A DNA stretch of 64,000 nt from an uncultured bacterium (GTDB taxonomy: Bacteria > Fidelibacterota > Marinisomatia > Marinisomatales > Marinisomataceae), in contig CAJJCZ010000009.1 in assembly GCA_905182795.1 (NCBI GenBank), positions 11,437 through 75,436 of the forward strand, given 5' to 3'. The position numbers were made by a program, and so were the translations under genes. Shown one piece after another: positions 50,479-59,653 of the stretch (its first letter is position 1; each line of letters starts with the position of its first letter). The notes beneath the pieces are model-generated. The model did no database searches. It was not told the DNA's origin and saw nothing but the letters and a program-made list of their open reading frames with translations.

Positions 50479-51215
50479 TGAAGAAAATAACTTTAGCAGC
50501 AAATTGGAAAATGTATCTAGATGAAAGTAGTTCAATTGCTTTTATCGATAAGCTTAACGCGGATAAAGATTTATTTTCGAATAAAGATATTATACTATTT
50601 CCATCGCATGCTTGTATAAGAGCAGTAAAAGATCGTTTAAATGTAAGCTTAAGCATTGGTATGCAAGATTGTGATATGTATGCTAAAGGAGCTTACACTG
50701 GATCTACATCAATCAATTCTATTGATATAGATTCATGTATTGTCGGTCATTCGGAGAGAAGGATCGTATATAAAGAATCTGATAATGTTATTTCAGATAA
50801 ACTAAATACAGTTTTATCTAGCAATGCTAATCCCATTTTATGTATAGGTGAAACATTAAAGGAAAAAAATAAGAACTTAGCAGTGAGTACTATTGATAAA
50901 CAACTATCTATCTTGCCTAAAAACCTAAAGGGTAAGCAATTAACTATTGCATATGAGCCAGTATGGGCTATTGGTTCAGGGGATGTACCTTCAAATCAAT
51001 ATATCGATGAAATGCTTTCTTCTATAAAAAATAGATTAAAAAGTTTATATTCAGATACAGATTTACAAAATATTAAATTATTTTATGGTGGATCTGTTGA
51101 TGCGAGTAACGTTAGCGAACTTCTTAATGTGGAGTTAATTGACGGTTTTCTTATTGGAAGCGCTAGCGCTAACTTTGAAAAGTTTAAAGATATTGTTAAA
51201 CAACTAAAATTATAA
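50478..51215 (+). CDS. tpiA: Triosephosphate isomerase
   Basis: ANWKM, GHSERR, AYEPVWAIG, YGGSV. Confidence 0.97.
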   Translation: MKKITLAANWKMYLDESSSIAFIDKLNADKDLFSNKDIILFPSHACIRAVKDRLNVSLSIGMQDCDMYAKGAYTGSTSINSIDIDSCIVGHSERRIVYKESDNVISDKLNTVLSSNANPILCIGETLKEKNKNLAVSTIDKQLSILPKNLKGKQLTIAYEPVWAIGSGDVPSNQYIDEMLSSIKNRLKSLYSDTDLQNIKLFYGGSVDASNVSELLNVELIDGFLIGSASANFEKFKDIVKQLKL

Positions 51216-51223
51216 GAGGTGTT

Positions 51224-51568
51224 ATGGTTGAATTTTTAATAGTAGTACATACATTAGTGAGTTTATTACTTATCGGGGTAATTTTAATGCAATCAGGTCA
51301 AGGCGGATTAAATTCTATGATGGGTGGTGCCGCTAATTCCATGCTAGGATCTTCTGGTGCAAATGATTTCATTACCAAGTTAACTACGTTTCTTGGAATA
51401 ACATTCATTGGTTTGGCGTTATTAATTGGTTCTATGAGCGGAGAATCTCAGTCATCTACAGAATCTATTATTCAAAAAGATTCCGAGTCTAGACAAGTAG
51501 AATTAGCTGTTCCAAATGAATATACTTTACCCTCCGAAGATCTTCTACCAGAAGAAGCTACAAATTAA
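51224..51568 (+). CDS. secG: Preprotein translocase SecG
   Basis: Two TMs with a Gly-rich loop; tpiA-secG-tRNA-Leu order. Confidence 0.93.
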   Translation: MVEFLIVVHTLVSLLLIGVILMQSGQGGLNSMMGGAANSMLGSSGANDFITKLTTFLGITFIGLALLIGSMSGESQSSTESIIQKDSESRQVELAVPNEYTLPSEDLLPEEATN

Positions 51569-51572
51569 AATA

Positions 51573-51656
51573 GCCGAAGTGGTGGAATTGGTAGACACGC
51601 TAGCTTGAGGGGTTAGTGGAGGAAACTCTGTGTGGGTTCAAGTCCCGCCTTCGGCA
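51573..51656 (+). tRNA. tRNA-Leu(GAG)
   Basis: GCCGAAG/CTTCGGC; anticodon loop TT GAG GG; long variable arm. Confidence 0.95.
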
Positions 51657-51668
51657 CAAAAATAACAT

Positions 51669-51697
51669 TTAGTATTTTTTTAAAAGATTTATAGATT
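51669..51697 (+). promoter_or_regulatory. Putative promoter of the TPR-HAD-acpS-murA operon
   Basis: TTAGTA-N17-TAGATT; the 13-mer ATTTATAGATTAC recurs upstream of trkA. Confidence 0.4.
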
Positions 51698-51737
51698 ACG
51701 TGATAATTAAAAAAATGAATACTTTAAAGGCGGTATA

Positions 51738-52943
51738 ATGAAAAATATTATTTTTATCTTATTATTCTCAACAGTTATCTTTGGTCAAGGGTCAGCTATA
51801 TCTCTTTATGAGGAATCTCAAAAAGCTCTATCTTCTGGTAATTTAGATCTTGCTGGAGAGAAAATTAAAGAAGCTATTAATCTAGATAAAGGAAACGATA
51901 CTTTTAGAAAAGAGTTTGATCGTTTAAATGGATTAAGAAATAAAATGATCAATGCTAATAGATCAGTTCAAGATGGAAGGTTCGATGATGCTATCGCTGG
52001 ATTTGCGGATGTTATAGCTAGTGTATCAAACTCTGTTGAAGCATTCTACGGAACAGCAAAAGCTTATGAAGGAAAAAAAGATTTTACTTCAGCTGTGAAA
52101 TATTACAAAAAATCTTTAGCTCTTGATCCGAGTTATAAGAAATCTAAGATTTCAATATCCAACGTTGCCAAGAAGTTATATAATAGTGCAAATAAAGACT
52201 ATAAGAATGGAAATCTTGAGTCTGCATTATCAAAATATGAGCAAGTATTAGGTATTAATGGTAGGTTATATCAAGCCTATTTCCAAATGGGAGTTTTGCA
52301 AAAAAAGATGGGTAATATATCCCTAGCAATTAAAAACTATAAAAGTGCTCTAAGTATTAAAAAAACATTTGATAAGGGTTGGTATAGTCTTGGATTGGCA
52401 TACAGAGATAATGGCGATATAGATAACGCAAAATCTTCTTTTGAAGAAACAATCCGATTAAATAAAAAATATTATAAAGCTCATAAAAGTCTAGGAGATA
52501 TTTTTATTGAGTCAGAACAATACGAAGATGCTATTGCAAGTTTTAAATCAGCAATTGCTATTAAATCAAAATATGCTCCAGCTTATCATTCTATGGGTAT
52601 TACATATGCTAAGATGGAAGATTATAGTAGATCGGCAGAGTCTTTAAATAAGGCTGTAGAGTTACAACCTAAAGAATTTCTTTCTTGGTTTCACTTAGCT
52701 GAAGCTCATAATAAGTTAAATGATTGTGAAGCCGCTAAAGAAGCTGCACTAGAGGCTATAGATCGAAAAAAGAACTTTGGTGGTGGTTGGTTTGAGTTAG
52801 GTATCGCTGAATATTGTGGAGGCAAAGGAAACAAAAGCACATCTATTAATCATTTTGAAAAAGCAAGAAATGATAGAGATTGGAGAAAAATGGCAGAATA
52901 TGAAATTGACCGCGTTAGAAATCCTGAGAAGTATGAGGGATGA
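51738..52943 (+). CDS. Exported multi-TPR protein
   Basis: Signal peptide and about 8-10 TPR repeats (A..LG...A...F..A...P pattern). Confidence 0.85.
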   Translation: MKNIIFILLFSTVIFGQGSAISLYEESQKALSSGNLDLAGEKIKEAINLDKGNDTFRKEFDRLNGLRNKMINANRSVQDGRFDDAIAGFADVIASVSNSVEAFYGTAKAYEGKKDFTSAVKYYKKSLALDPSYKKSKISISNVAKKLYNSANKDYKNGNLESALSKYEQVLGINGRLYQAYFQMGVLQKKMGNISLAIKNYKSALSIKKTFDKGWYSLGLAYRDNGDIDNAKSSFEETIRLNKKYYKAHKSLGDIFIESEQYEDAIASFKSAIAIKSKYAPAYHSMGITYAKMEDYSRSAESLNKAVELQPKEFLSWFHLAEAHNKLNDCEAAKEAALEAIDRKKNFGGGWFELGIAEYCGGKGNKSTSINHFEKARNDRDWRKMAEYEIDRVRNPEKYEG

Positions 52944-53623
52944 TTAAGGCAGTTATTTTTGACCTAGATAATACTCTCCTCGATTTTGTCAAAATGAAAA
53001 AAGAGGCAGTAATGAGCGCTCTTTCATCTATGAAAGAAGCCGGCCTAGATCTAGATGTAGACATATCCTATAAAGAAATAATGGATATATATGAAGTTGA
53101 CGGATGGGAAAACCAATTAGTCTTCGATAAATTTCTAAAAAATAAAATTGGGTACGTAGATAATAAATATCTAGCTGCTGGAATCGTTGCTTATAGAAGA
53201 GCAAAAGAAGCTAATCTAAAAGCTTATCCAAATGTTCAAAAAACATTAAATCATTTATTAAAGAATGGTATCAAATTAGCTATTGTCTCAGATGCTCCTA
53301 GTAGAGAAGCTTGGATGAGAATTTATTATTTAAATCTTCACCATTCTTTTGATACAGTAATTACTTTCGACGATTCAGGAGAGAGAAAGCCTTCTCCGGC
53401 TCCATTCAAACTTGCACTTGAAAAATTAGACCTATCTAAAGATGAAGTACTAATGGTAGGAGATTGGCCTGAAAGAGATATGGTCGGAGCTAATAGTATG
53501 GGCATAAAGACTATTTTTGCTAAATATGGAGATGCTTTCGGAGTTAAGCATTCTGGCGCTGATTGGGATATCGAAGATATATCTGAAGTTATCGGTATTA
53601 TTGAAGAGATAAACAATGACTAA
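52940..53623 (+). CDS. HAD-IA family hydrolase
   Basis: FDLDNTL, IVSD, KP, MVGD..ERD..GA...G. Confidence 0.88.
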   Translation: MIKAVIFDLDNTLLDFVKMKKEAVMSALSSMKEAGLDLDVDISYKEIMDIYEVDGWENQLVFDKFLKNKIGYVDNKYLAAGIVAYRRAKEANLKAYPNVQKTLNHLLKNGIKLAIVSDAPSREAWMRIYYLNLHHSFDTVITFDDSGERKPSPAPFKLALEKLDLSKDEVLMVGDWPERDMVGANSMGIKTIFAKYGDAFGVKHSGADWDIEDISEVIGIIEEINND

Positions 53624-53966
53624 TCTTGGTGTCGATATTGTTGCAATTGATCGTATGGAATCTATTTTAAGTTCCGATAAAAGAGTAAAATTTTTAAATA
53701 AAATATTTTCTGAAAATGAAATAGCAGAATCACAAAAAAAAGAAAATAAGGCTCAGTATTTTTCTGGAAGATTTGCAGCAAAAGAAGCAATCAAAAAAGC
53801 TTTATCTTCTTACAAAGAATCAGCTAATCAATCTTTCAAATCTATAGAAGTTTTAAATAGTAAAAGTGGTAAGCCTTATGTTGTAAGTCAGACTAATGAA
53901 GATATTAATATCTCTATATCGCACGATGGGAACTATGCAGTTGCTTTTTGCATAATAGATAAGTAG
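53616..53966 (+). CDS. acpS: Holo-ACP synthase
   Basis: GVDIV, RFAAKEA..KA, GKP, SISH. Confidence 0.95.
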   Translation: MTNLGVDIVAIDRMESILSSDKRVKFLNKIFSENEIAESQKKENKAQYFSGRFAAKEAIKKALSSYKESANQSFKSIEVLNSKSGKPYVVSQTNEDINISISHDGNYAVAFCIIDK

Positions 53967-53968
53967 TT

Positions 53969-55225
53969 ATGGATTATTTTGAAATAAAAGGAAAGAACAA
54001 GCTCTTTGGAGATATTACTATCAGTGGAGCAAAGAATGCAGTACTTCCTTTGATGGCAGCTGCAATCTTAAACGATAGAGCACTAACCATTACCAATGTA
54101 CCCAAGTTATCTGACTCAATTACGATGGCAAATTTAATAAAGGGAATGGGTGGAGAAGTTAGTTTTGATAGTTCTAGTATTGTTATTGATCCAAAAAATT
54201 TGAACACCCCTTATGCTCCATATGAACTTGTAAAAACTATGCGAGCTTCTTTTTATGTCCTTGGACCGTTAGTTGCTAGATTTGGAGAGGCAAAAGTTTC
54301 ATTACCTGGAGGTTGTGCTTGGGGCCCTAGACCAGTTGATTTTCATATTGAAGGATTGAAAAAATTAGGTATAGATATAAGCCTAGAGGCAGGATATGTA
54401 ATTGCAAAATCAAAGAAAATAATCGGAAATAAGATTGTATTTCCAAAGATATCTGTTGGAGCAACCGGAAATGTATTAATGGCAGCAGTTTTAGCTGAAG
54501 GAGATACCGAAATTCATAATGCAGCAGCAGAGCCCGAGATCCAGCAATTATGTTTTCTATTAAATCAAATGGGAGCAAAGATATCAGGAATAGGAAGTAA
54601 TATATTAAAAATTCAAGGAGTAAAAAACTTAGGTGGAGTAGATAATATTGAAGTTATCCCAGATAGAATTGAAGCTGGTACTTTTTTAATAGCTGTCGCT
54701 GCAACAGGCGGAAAAGTTAGATTAAAAAATGTAGAGCCAAGTCATATGGAAAGTGTAATCAATTTATTGAAACAGTCTAATATTGATATCGAGATAGAAA
54801 AAAATTCTATTTTAGTAAGTTCAAGTGGATCTAATATCAAGGCTTGCAATATGGAGACTAATGAATATCCAGGATTTCCAACTGATTTGCAAGCACAGTG
54901 GATGCTCTTAATGAGTTTATCTCTTGGAGATTCCACAATAAAAGAAAATATTTACTTCGATCGTTTCACTCATATTTTAGAGCTAAATAGGTTAGGATGT
55001 AATATACGTCTTGATGAAAACCATGCAGTCATTAGTGGAGATAGAAATTTGGTTGGAGCTAACGTCATGTCGACAGACATTAGAGCTTCTGCTGCACTGA
55101 TTATTGCTGCTTTATGCGCAAAAGGCTCTACTAGTATCAGTAGAGTCTATCATATTGATAGAGGTTATGATAGAATTGAAGAAAAATTAGTGAAAGTTGG
55201 AGCAGAAATAATAAGGAAGAAATAA
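53969..55225 (+). CDS. murA: UDP-N-acetylglucosamine 1-carboxyvinyltransferase
   Basis: GAKNA, MRAS, LPGGCAWGPRPVD (catalytic Cys present), PDRIEAGT, HIDRGY. Confidence 0.97.
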   Translation: MDYFEIKGKNKLFGDITISGAKNAVLPLMAAAILNDRALTITNVPKLSDSITMANLIKGMGGEVSFDSSSIVIDPKNLNTPYAPYELVKTMRASFYVLGPLVARFGEAKVSLPGGCAWGPRPVDFHIEGLKKLGIDISLEAGYVIAKSKKIIGNKIVFPKISVGATGNVLMAAVLAEGDTEIHNAAAEPEIQQLCFLLNQMGAKISGIGSNILKIQGVKNLGGVDNIEVIPDRIEAGTFLIAVAATGGKVRLKNVEPSHMESVINLLKQSNIDIEIEKNSILVSSSGSNIKACNMETNEYPGFPTDLQAQWMLLMSLSLGDSTIKENIYFDRFTHILELNRLGCNIRLDENHAVISGDRNLVGANVMSTDIRASAALIIAALCAKGSTSISRVYHIDRGYDRIEEKLVKVGAEIIRKK

Positions 55226-55244
55226 CCGAATTTCGGTTGTTTTT
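55224..55244 (+). terminator. Short hairpin after murA (possible terminator, or operator overlapping the trkA -35)
   Basis: AACCGA-ATT-TCGGTT followed by G and a T run. Confidence 0.4.
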
Positions 55245-55264
55245 CTATGAATTATTTATAGATT
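55237..55264 (+). promoter_or_regulatory. Putative promoter of trkAH-uvrC
   Basis: TTGTTT-N16-TAGATT, 12 nt before the trkA ATG. Confidence 0.45.
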
Positions 55265-55276
55265 ACTAATTAAGTA

Positions 55277-56626
55277 ATGAGAATTGTAATTATCGGTGCG
55301 GGTGAAGTTGGTTTCCATGTTGCTAAGTCTCTTAGTGAACTTGATTACGATATTGCCGTAGTAGACACAAATCATAAAAAATGTCAACGAGCAAATGAGC
55401 ATCTAGATGTTATCGTTATTAAAGGCAACGGTTCTGATGAAAAAATATTAGAGCAAGCCAATGTAGCTGACGCTGATTATGTTTTTGCGCTCACTAGCTC
55501 AGATGAAACTAATCTTATCGCTTCTATGCAAGCACATAATTTAGGTGCAAAAAAAATTATAGCACGCCTCAGAGATTTTGATTATAGTAAGAATGGACAT
55601 GCTGTTGTTCCTGAAAAATTCGGAATAGATATGGTTATTCATCCAGAAGCTGCTGTAGCTCAAGAAATTATTCGACTAGTTAAGCATCCTTATGCAGATA
55701 AGTTCTATGAATTTGAAAATGGAAAAGCAGTATTATTTTCAAAAAAAATTAATCATCGATCCAATCTTGTTGGTAAAGTAATAGAAGGCTTTCATAAAGA
55801 AAATAAAGACTTCAAGTGTTTAGTTGTTGCTGTGATGAGAGACGAAAAAATGACTATTCCGACATCATCATTCAAGTTTGAGCCAGATGACTATGTATTC
55901 TTTTTTACAAAATCAAAAAATTTAGATATGCTCTTAAGTGCTTTGGGAATTTCTTCCTCTAAGACTAAGCGAGTGATGATAGCAGGTGCAAGTAAAATTG
56001 GACGTCTAATTGCGCGAGAATTAGAAAGTGAAATGTCTGTTAGATTGATTGATAATTCTAAAGATAAGGCAGTTGCCGTAGCTAATGAATTAAATGATTC
56101 TATCGTAATTCATTCTGACGCAACAGATGTTGAATTTTTAAAAGGTGAAAATATAAATGAAGTAGATTCATTTATTGCTGTCACAGAAGATCAACAACTC
56201 AATTTATTAGCAGGTATTCTTGCAAAACAATTAAAAGTGAAACAGTCTATTATACATGTTACCAATCCAGATTACGTAAAAAATATGTCAGATCTTGGAA
56301 TGGGTTCGATCGTAAGTAAGAATACAGTTAGTGTTAATTCAATTGTTAAAGCAATTAGGATTGACCATAAAGATAATGTAATTCAACTATTTAGTACTTT
56401 AGATATGGAAGCTATAGAGATTGAAGCAGAAACAAATTCAAAAGCAGTACGCCTTCCAATATCTAATTTAAATTTACCTCATGGTAGTATTGTAGCTCTC
56501 GTGAATCATAGCGGGCATTTAACAATACCAGCTGGAGATCATCAGGTATTACCAGATGATACTGTATTAATATTCTGTATTCACTCAAAAGTTGGCGAAG
56601 TGAATAAGATATTTCAGTCAGAATAA
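55277..56626 (+). CDS. trkA: Trk potassium uptake protein TrkA
   Basis: Two RCK N+C units: IIGAGEVG and IAGASKIG. Confidence 0.94.
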   Translation: MRIVIIGAGEVGFHVAKSLSELDYDIAVVDTNHKKCQRANEHLDVIVIKGNGSDEKILEQANVADADYVFALTSSDETNLIASMQAHNLGAKKIIARLRDFDYSKNGHAVVPEKFGIDMVIHPEAAVAQEIIRLVKHPYADKFYEFENGKAVLFSKKINHRSNLVGKVIEGFHKENKDFKCLVVAVMRDEKMTIPTSSFKFEPDDYVFFFTKSKNLDMLLSALGISSSKTKRVMIAGASKIGRLIARELESEMSVRLIDNSKDKAVAVANELNDSIVIHSDATDVEFLKGENINEVDSFIAVTEDQQLNLLAGILAKQLKVKQSIIHVTNPDYVKNMSDLGMGSIVSKNTVSVNSIVKAIRIDHKDNVIQLFSTLDMEAIEIEAETNSKAVRLPISNLNLPHGSIVALVNHSGHLTIPAGDHQVLPDDTVLIFCIHSKVGEVNKIFQSE

Positions 56627-58050
56627 TGAGTTTAAGACCTACATTTAGATTTCTATCAATGCTGACTATGTTTTTGTCAATTTTTCTACTCTTTCCTGCA
56701 ATAATTGATTATATAGATACTGGAAAGGTATATCTGTTAAAAATAGCAGGAATTGCTTTCAGTCTTTCTTTGCCTATTTTGTATATCTGTAGGAAAGCAA
56801 AATCGTTCTCTAATAAGGATGTATTCTTAGTGATCGTATTAAGTTGGGTTATGACATCTATTTTTGGCTCCCTTCCTTTCTATTACTCAGGATTTTTTGA
56901 TAACTATACCAATGCATTATTTGAGGCAGTATCTGGAGTAACAACTACAGGAGCTACCATCTTAGATGATATTGAAATTTTACCAAAGAGTATTCTATTT
57001 TGGAGAGCATTTCTTCAATGGATTGGAGGATTAGGTATTGTTGTATTTACTATTGCATTATTGCCTTTACTAGGCGTTTCTGGAGAGAAGCTTTTTAATG
57101 TAGAGTATCCAGGGCCTTCATCAGAAAAAATTACACCTAGAATAAAAGATACAGCAAGATTATTGCTTGGATTTTATATCGGATTTACATTTTTAGAATT
57201 TACATTGCTATCTTATTCAATGTCTTTTTTTGATGCCATATGTCATGCATTGACTACAATGCCAACTGGTGGATTTTCTACATTCAATGACAGTATCAAC
57301 AGTCAGTCAGATTATGTAAAGTCAGTTATTTTATTGTTTATGATTATTGGAGGAACAAACTTTGCATTACACTTTAGAGCAGCTAAGGTTGGACCGCGAG
57401 CATACATAAGAGATAGAGAGTTTTTATACTATATAGGATTAGTTTTACTAGCATCAATATCTATTTTATTTGCTAGTAGTTGGTCTGATAAAGGATCAAA
57501 TACTCTAGATACTACTTTTCAGGTGGTTGCGATACTTACTTCTACGGGATATACTGCTACCGACTATAGCGCATGGCAACCTTTTATTAAGCAATTTATG
57601 TTGTTTGGATTAATGTTTGTTGGTGCAATGGGAGGATCTACTAGCGGTGGTATGAAAGTGATTAGAATTGTTGCTATCATGAAATATGCTAGAACGGAAC
57701 TAAAACGATCATTGCATTCAAAAGCAATTATACCTATCCGTATAGGTCAAAAGATAATTCCAGATGAAGTAATCAGAAAAACTTTAGCATTCTTTTTATT
57801 CTATGTATCATTTTTCTTTATTGCTTCTTTTTGTTTTATCCTCATGGGTATCGATCTTCAGTCTGCGCTAGGTGCTGCTGCGTCAGGAATGGGTAATGTT
57901 GGTCCATCTTGGGGAGCTTATGGAGCTATGGATAATTATTTATTGATGCCAATGATAGGAAAATATATTATGATGTTTTGTATGTTATTGGGAAGATTAG
58001 AAATCTTTGCTGTACTAGTTTTATTTACAAAGACATTCTGGAGATCTTAA
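56626..58050 (+). CDS. trkH: Trk potassium uptake membrane protein TrkH
   Basis: Pore loops TTTGAT, PTGGFS, TSTGY, GNVGP; MLLGRLEI. Confidence 0.95.
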   Translation: MSLRPTFRFLSMLTMFLSIFLLFPAIIDYIDTGKVYLLKIAGIAFSLSLPILYICRKAKSFSNKDVFLVIVLSWVMTSIFGSLPFYYSGFFDNYTNALFEAVSGVTTTGATILDDIEILPKSILFWRAFLQWIGGLGIVVFTIALLPLLGVSGEKLFNVEYPGPSSEKITPRIKDTARLLLGFYIGFTFLEFTLLSYSMSFFDAICHALTTMPTGGFSTFNDSINSQSDYVKSVILLFMIIGGTNFALHFRAAKVGPRAYIRDREFLYYIGLVLLASISILFASSWSDKGSNTLDTTFQVVAILTSTGYTATDYSAWQPFIKQFMLFGLMFVGAMGGSTSGGMKVIRIVAIMKYARTELKRSLHSKAIIPIRIGQKIIPDEVIRKTLAFFLFYVSFFFIASFCFILMGIDLQSALGAAASGMGNVGPSWGAYGAMDNYLLMPMIGKYIMMFCMLLGRLEIFAVLVLFTKTFWRS

Positions 58051-58051
58051 C

Positions 58052-59653
58052 ATAGACTTACAGTCTAAAATTGCTGGTTTACCTGCATTGCCTGGTATTT
58101 ATCAATTCAAGGATAAGATTGATAAGATTATCTACATTGGTAAGGCAAAGGACCTTAAAAAGAGGGTCAAATCGTACTTTCAAAAAAAATCCTATCGCTC
58201 ACCTAAAGATCAATCTTTAATTAATAGAATTATTGATTTAGAATGGATTGTATGTGAAGATGAAGCAGATGCATTTATCACCGAAGCAACTCTGATTAAA
58301 AAGTTTAAACCGAAGTATAATGTTCGTTTAAAAGATGACAAATCTTTTCCTTATTTAAAGATTACAAATGAACAATTTCCTCAAATTGATATTACACGAA
58401 AAATCAAGAGTGATAAATCTCGTTATTTTGGACCATATACCGATGTGAAATCAATGCGAAGATTGCTCGACGTTCTATATAGAGCCTTTCCAATACGTAA
58501 TTGTTATATCGAACTAGAAGATGGGACTATTGTCAAGAAAGGTTTAGGGATTCAAACTATCTCAGAATCAGACTACCATAATATGATTGATGATATGATT
58601 TTATTTTTAAAGGGTGAAACTAAAGCGTTAGAAAAAAAATTAGTAAAACAGATGGAATATTTTTCATCAAAGCTCATGTATGAAGACTCCGCTAGAGTGA
58701 GAGATCAAATCAAAGCAATCACATCATTTAAAAAAGGCCAAAGAAAGTTAGAAGCTGATTTCACAAATAGAGATGTTATTGGCGTTGAAAGTAAGGATAA
58801 TCATCATGTGGTAGTCATTTTACGCATTAGAGAAGGAAGAATATTAAGTAGAGAGAAAATATCTGTAGATACCAATGATTCTATCGCTGAAATATTTCGC
58901 TCTATTATCATCAATTTCTATATGAATGCAGCATACATTCCTAATAATATTTATTTATCAGAATTTCCTAAAGAGCTAGATGAGCTGAAAGAATGGTTAT
59001 CAACAAAAAATAATCGCAAAGTAGATTTTATGGTTCCGAAGAGAGGAGTAAAGCTTAAAGAATTAAGATTAGCTAATAGAAACGCAAAGCTTCTTTTGAA
59101 TGAATGGATGTTAAATTTAGCAAAGCGAAAAGATTATATTCCAAAATTGCTGAGCGAACTTCAAGATATCTTGACCCTATCAAAACCACCTCGCTTGATT
59201 GAAGCGTTTGATATTTCACACTTAAGTGGGACGGATACTGTTGCATCTATGGTAGTATTCAAAGATGGTAGGCCTTATAAGAGTGGATATAGAAAATATA
59301 ATATTAATGTTGATAAAATTGACGATTTTGAATCTATGAGAGAAGTAGTATTTCGTCGATACAGAAGACAACTTGATGAAGGAAATCCATTACCTGATTT
59401 AATCCTTATTGATGGAGGAAAGGGTCAGCTTTCATCTGCAAAACTATCTTTAGATAAGTTAAAGTTAGATCTTCCTATTGTAGCGCTAGCAAAGCGATTA
59501 GAAGAATTGTTTATTCCAGAAGATTCTGAATCTTTAATAATTCCAAAGAGTTCTCCAGCTTTAAATCTTTTAAAACAATTAAGAGATGAAGCACATCGAT
59601 TTGCTATTACATTTCAGATAAGTAAAAGAACGAAAAGAATGTTATCTAAATAA
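58052..59653 (+). CDS. uvrC: Excinuclease ABC subunit C lacking the Cys-rich motif and HhH domain (start ATA 58052 or TTG 58088)
   Basis: PGIY...YIGKAK.L..RV.SYF GIY-YIG, UVR domain, FDISH, LIDGGKGQL, RDEAHRFA. Confidence 0.92.
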   Translation: MDLQSKIAGLPALPGIYQFKDKIDKIIYIGKAKDLKKRVKSYFQKKSYRSPKDQSLINRIIDLEWIVCEDEADAFITEATLIKKFKPKYNVRLKDDKSFPYLKITNEQFPQIDITRKIKSDKSRYFGPYTDVKSMRRLLDVLYRAFPIRNCYIELEDGTIVKKGLGIQTISESDYHNMIDDMILFLKGETKALEKKLVKQMEYFSSKLMYEDSARVRDQIKAITSFKKGQRKLEADFTNRDVIGVESKDNHHVVVILRIREGRILSREKISVDTNDSIAEIFRSIIINFYMNAAYIPNNIYLSEFPKELDELKEWLSTKNNRKVDFMVPKRGVKLKELRLANRNAKLLLNEWMLNLAKRKDYIPKLLSELQDILTLSKPPRLIEAFDISHLSGTDTVASMVVFKDGRPYKSGYRKYNINVDKIDDFESMREVVFRRYRRQLDEGNPLPDLILIDGGKGQLSSAKLSLDKLKLDLPIVALAKRLEELFIPEDSESLIIPKSSPALNLLKQLRDEAHRFAITFQISKRTKRMLSK

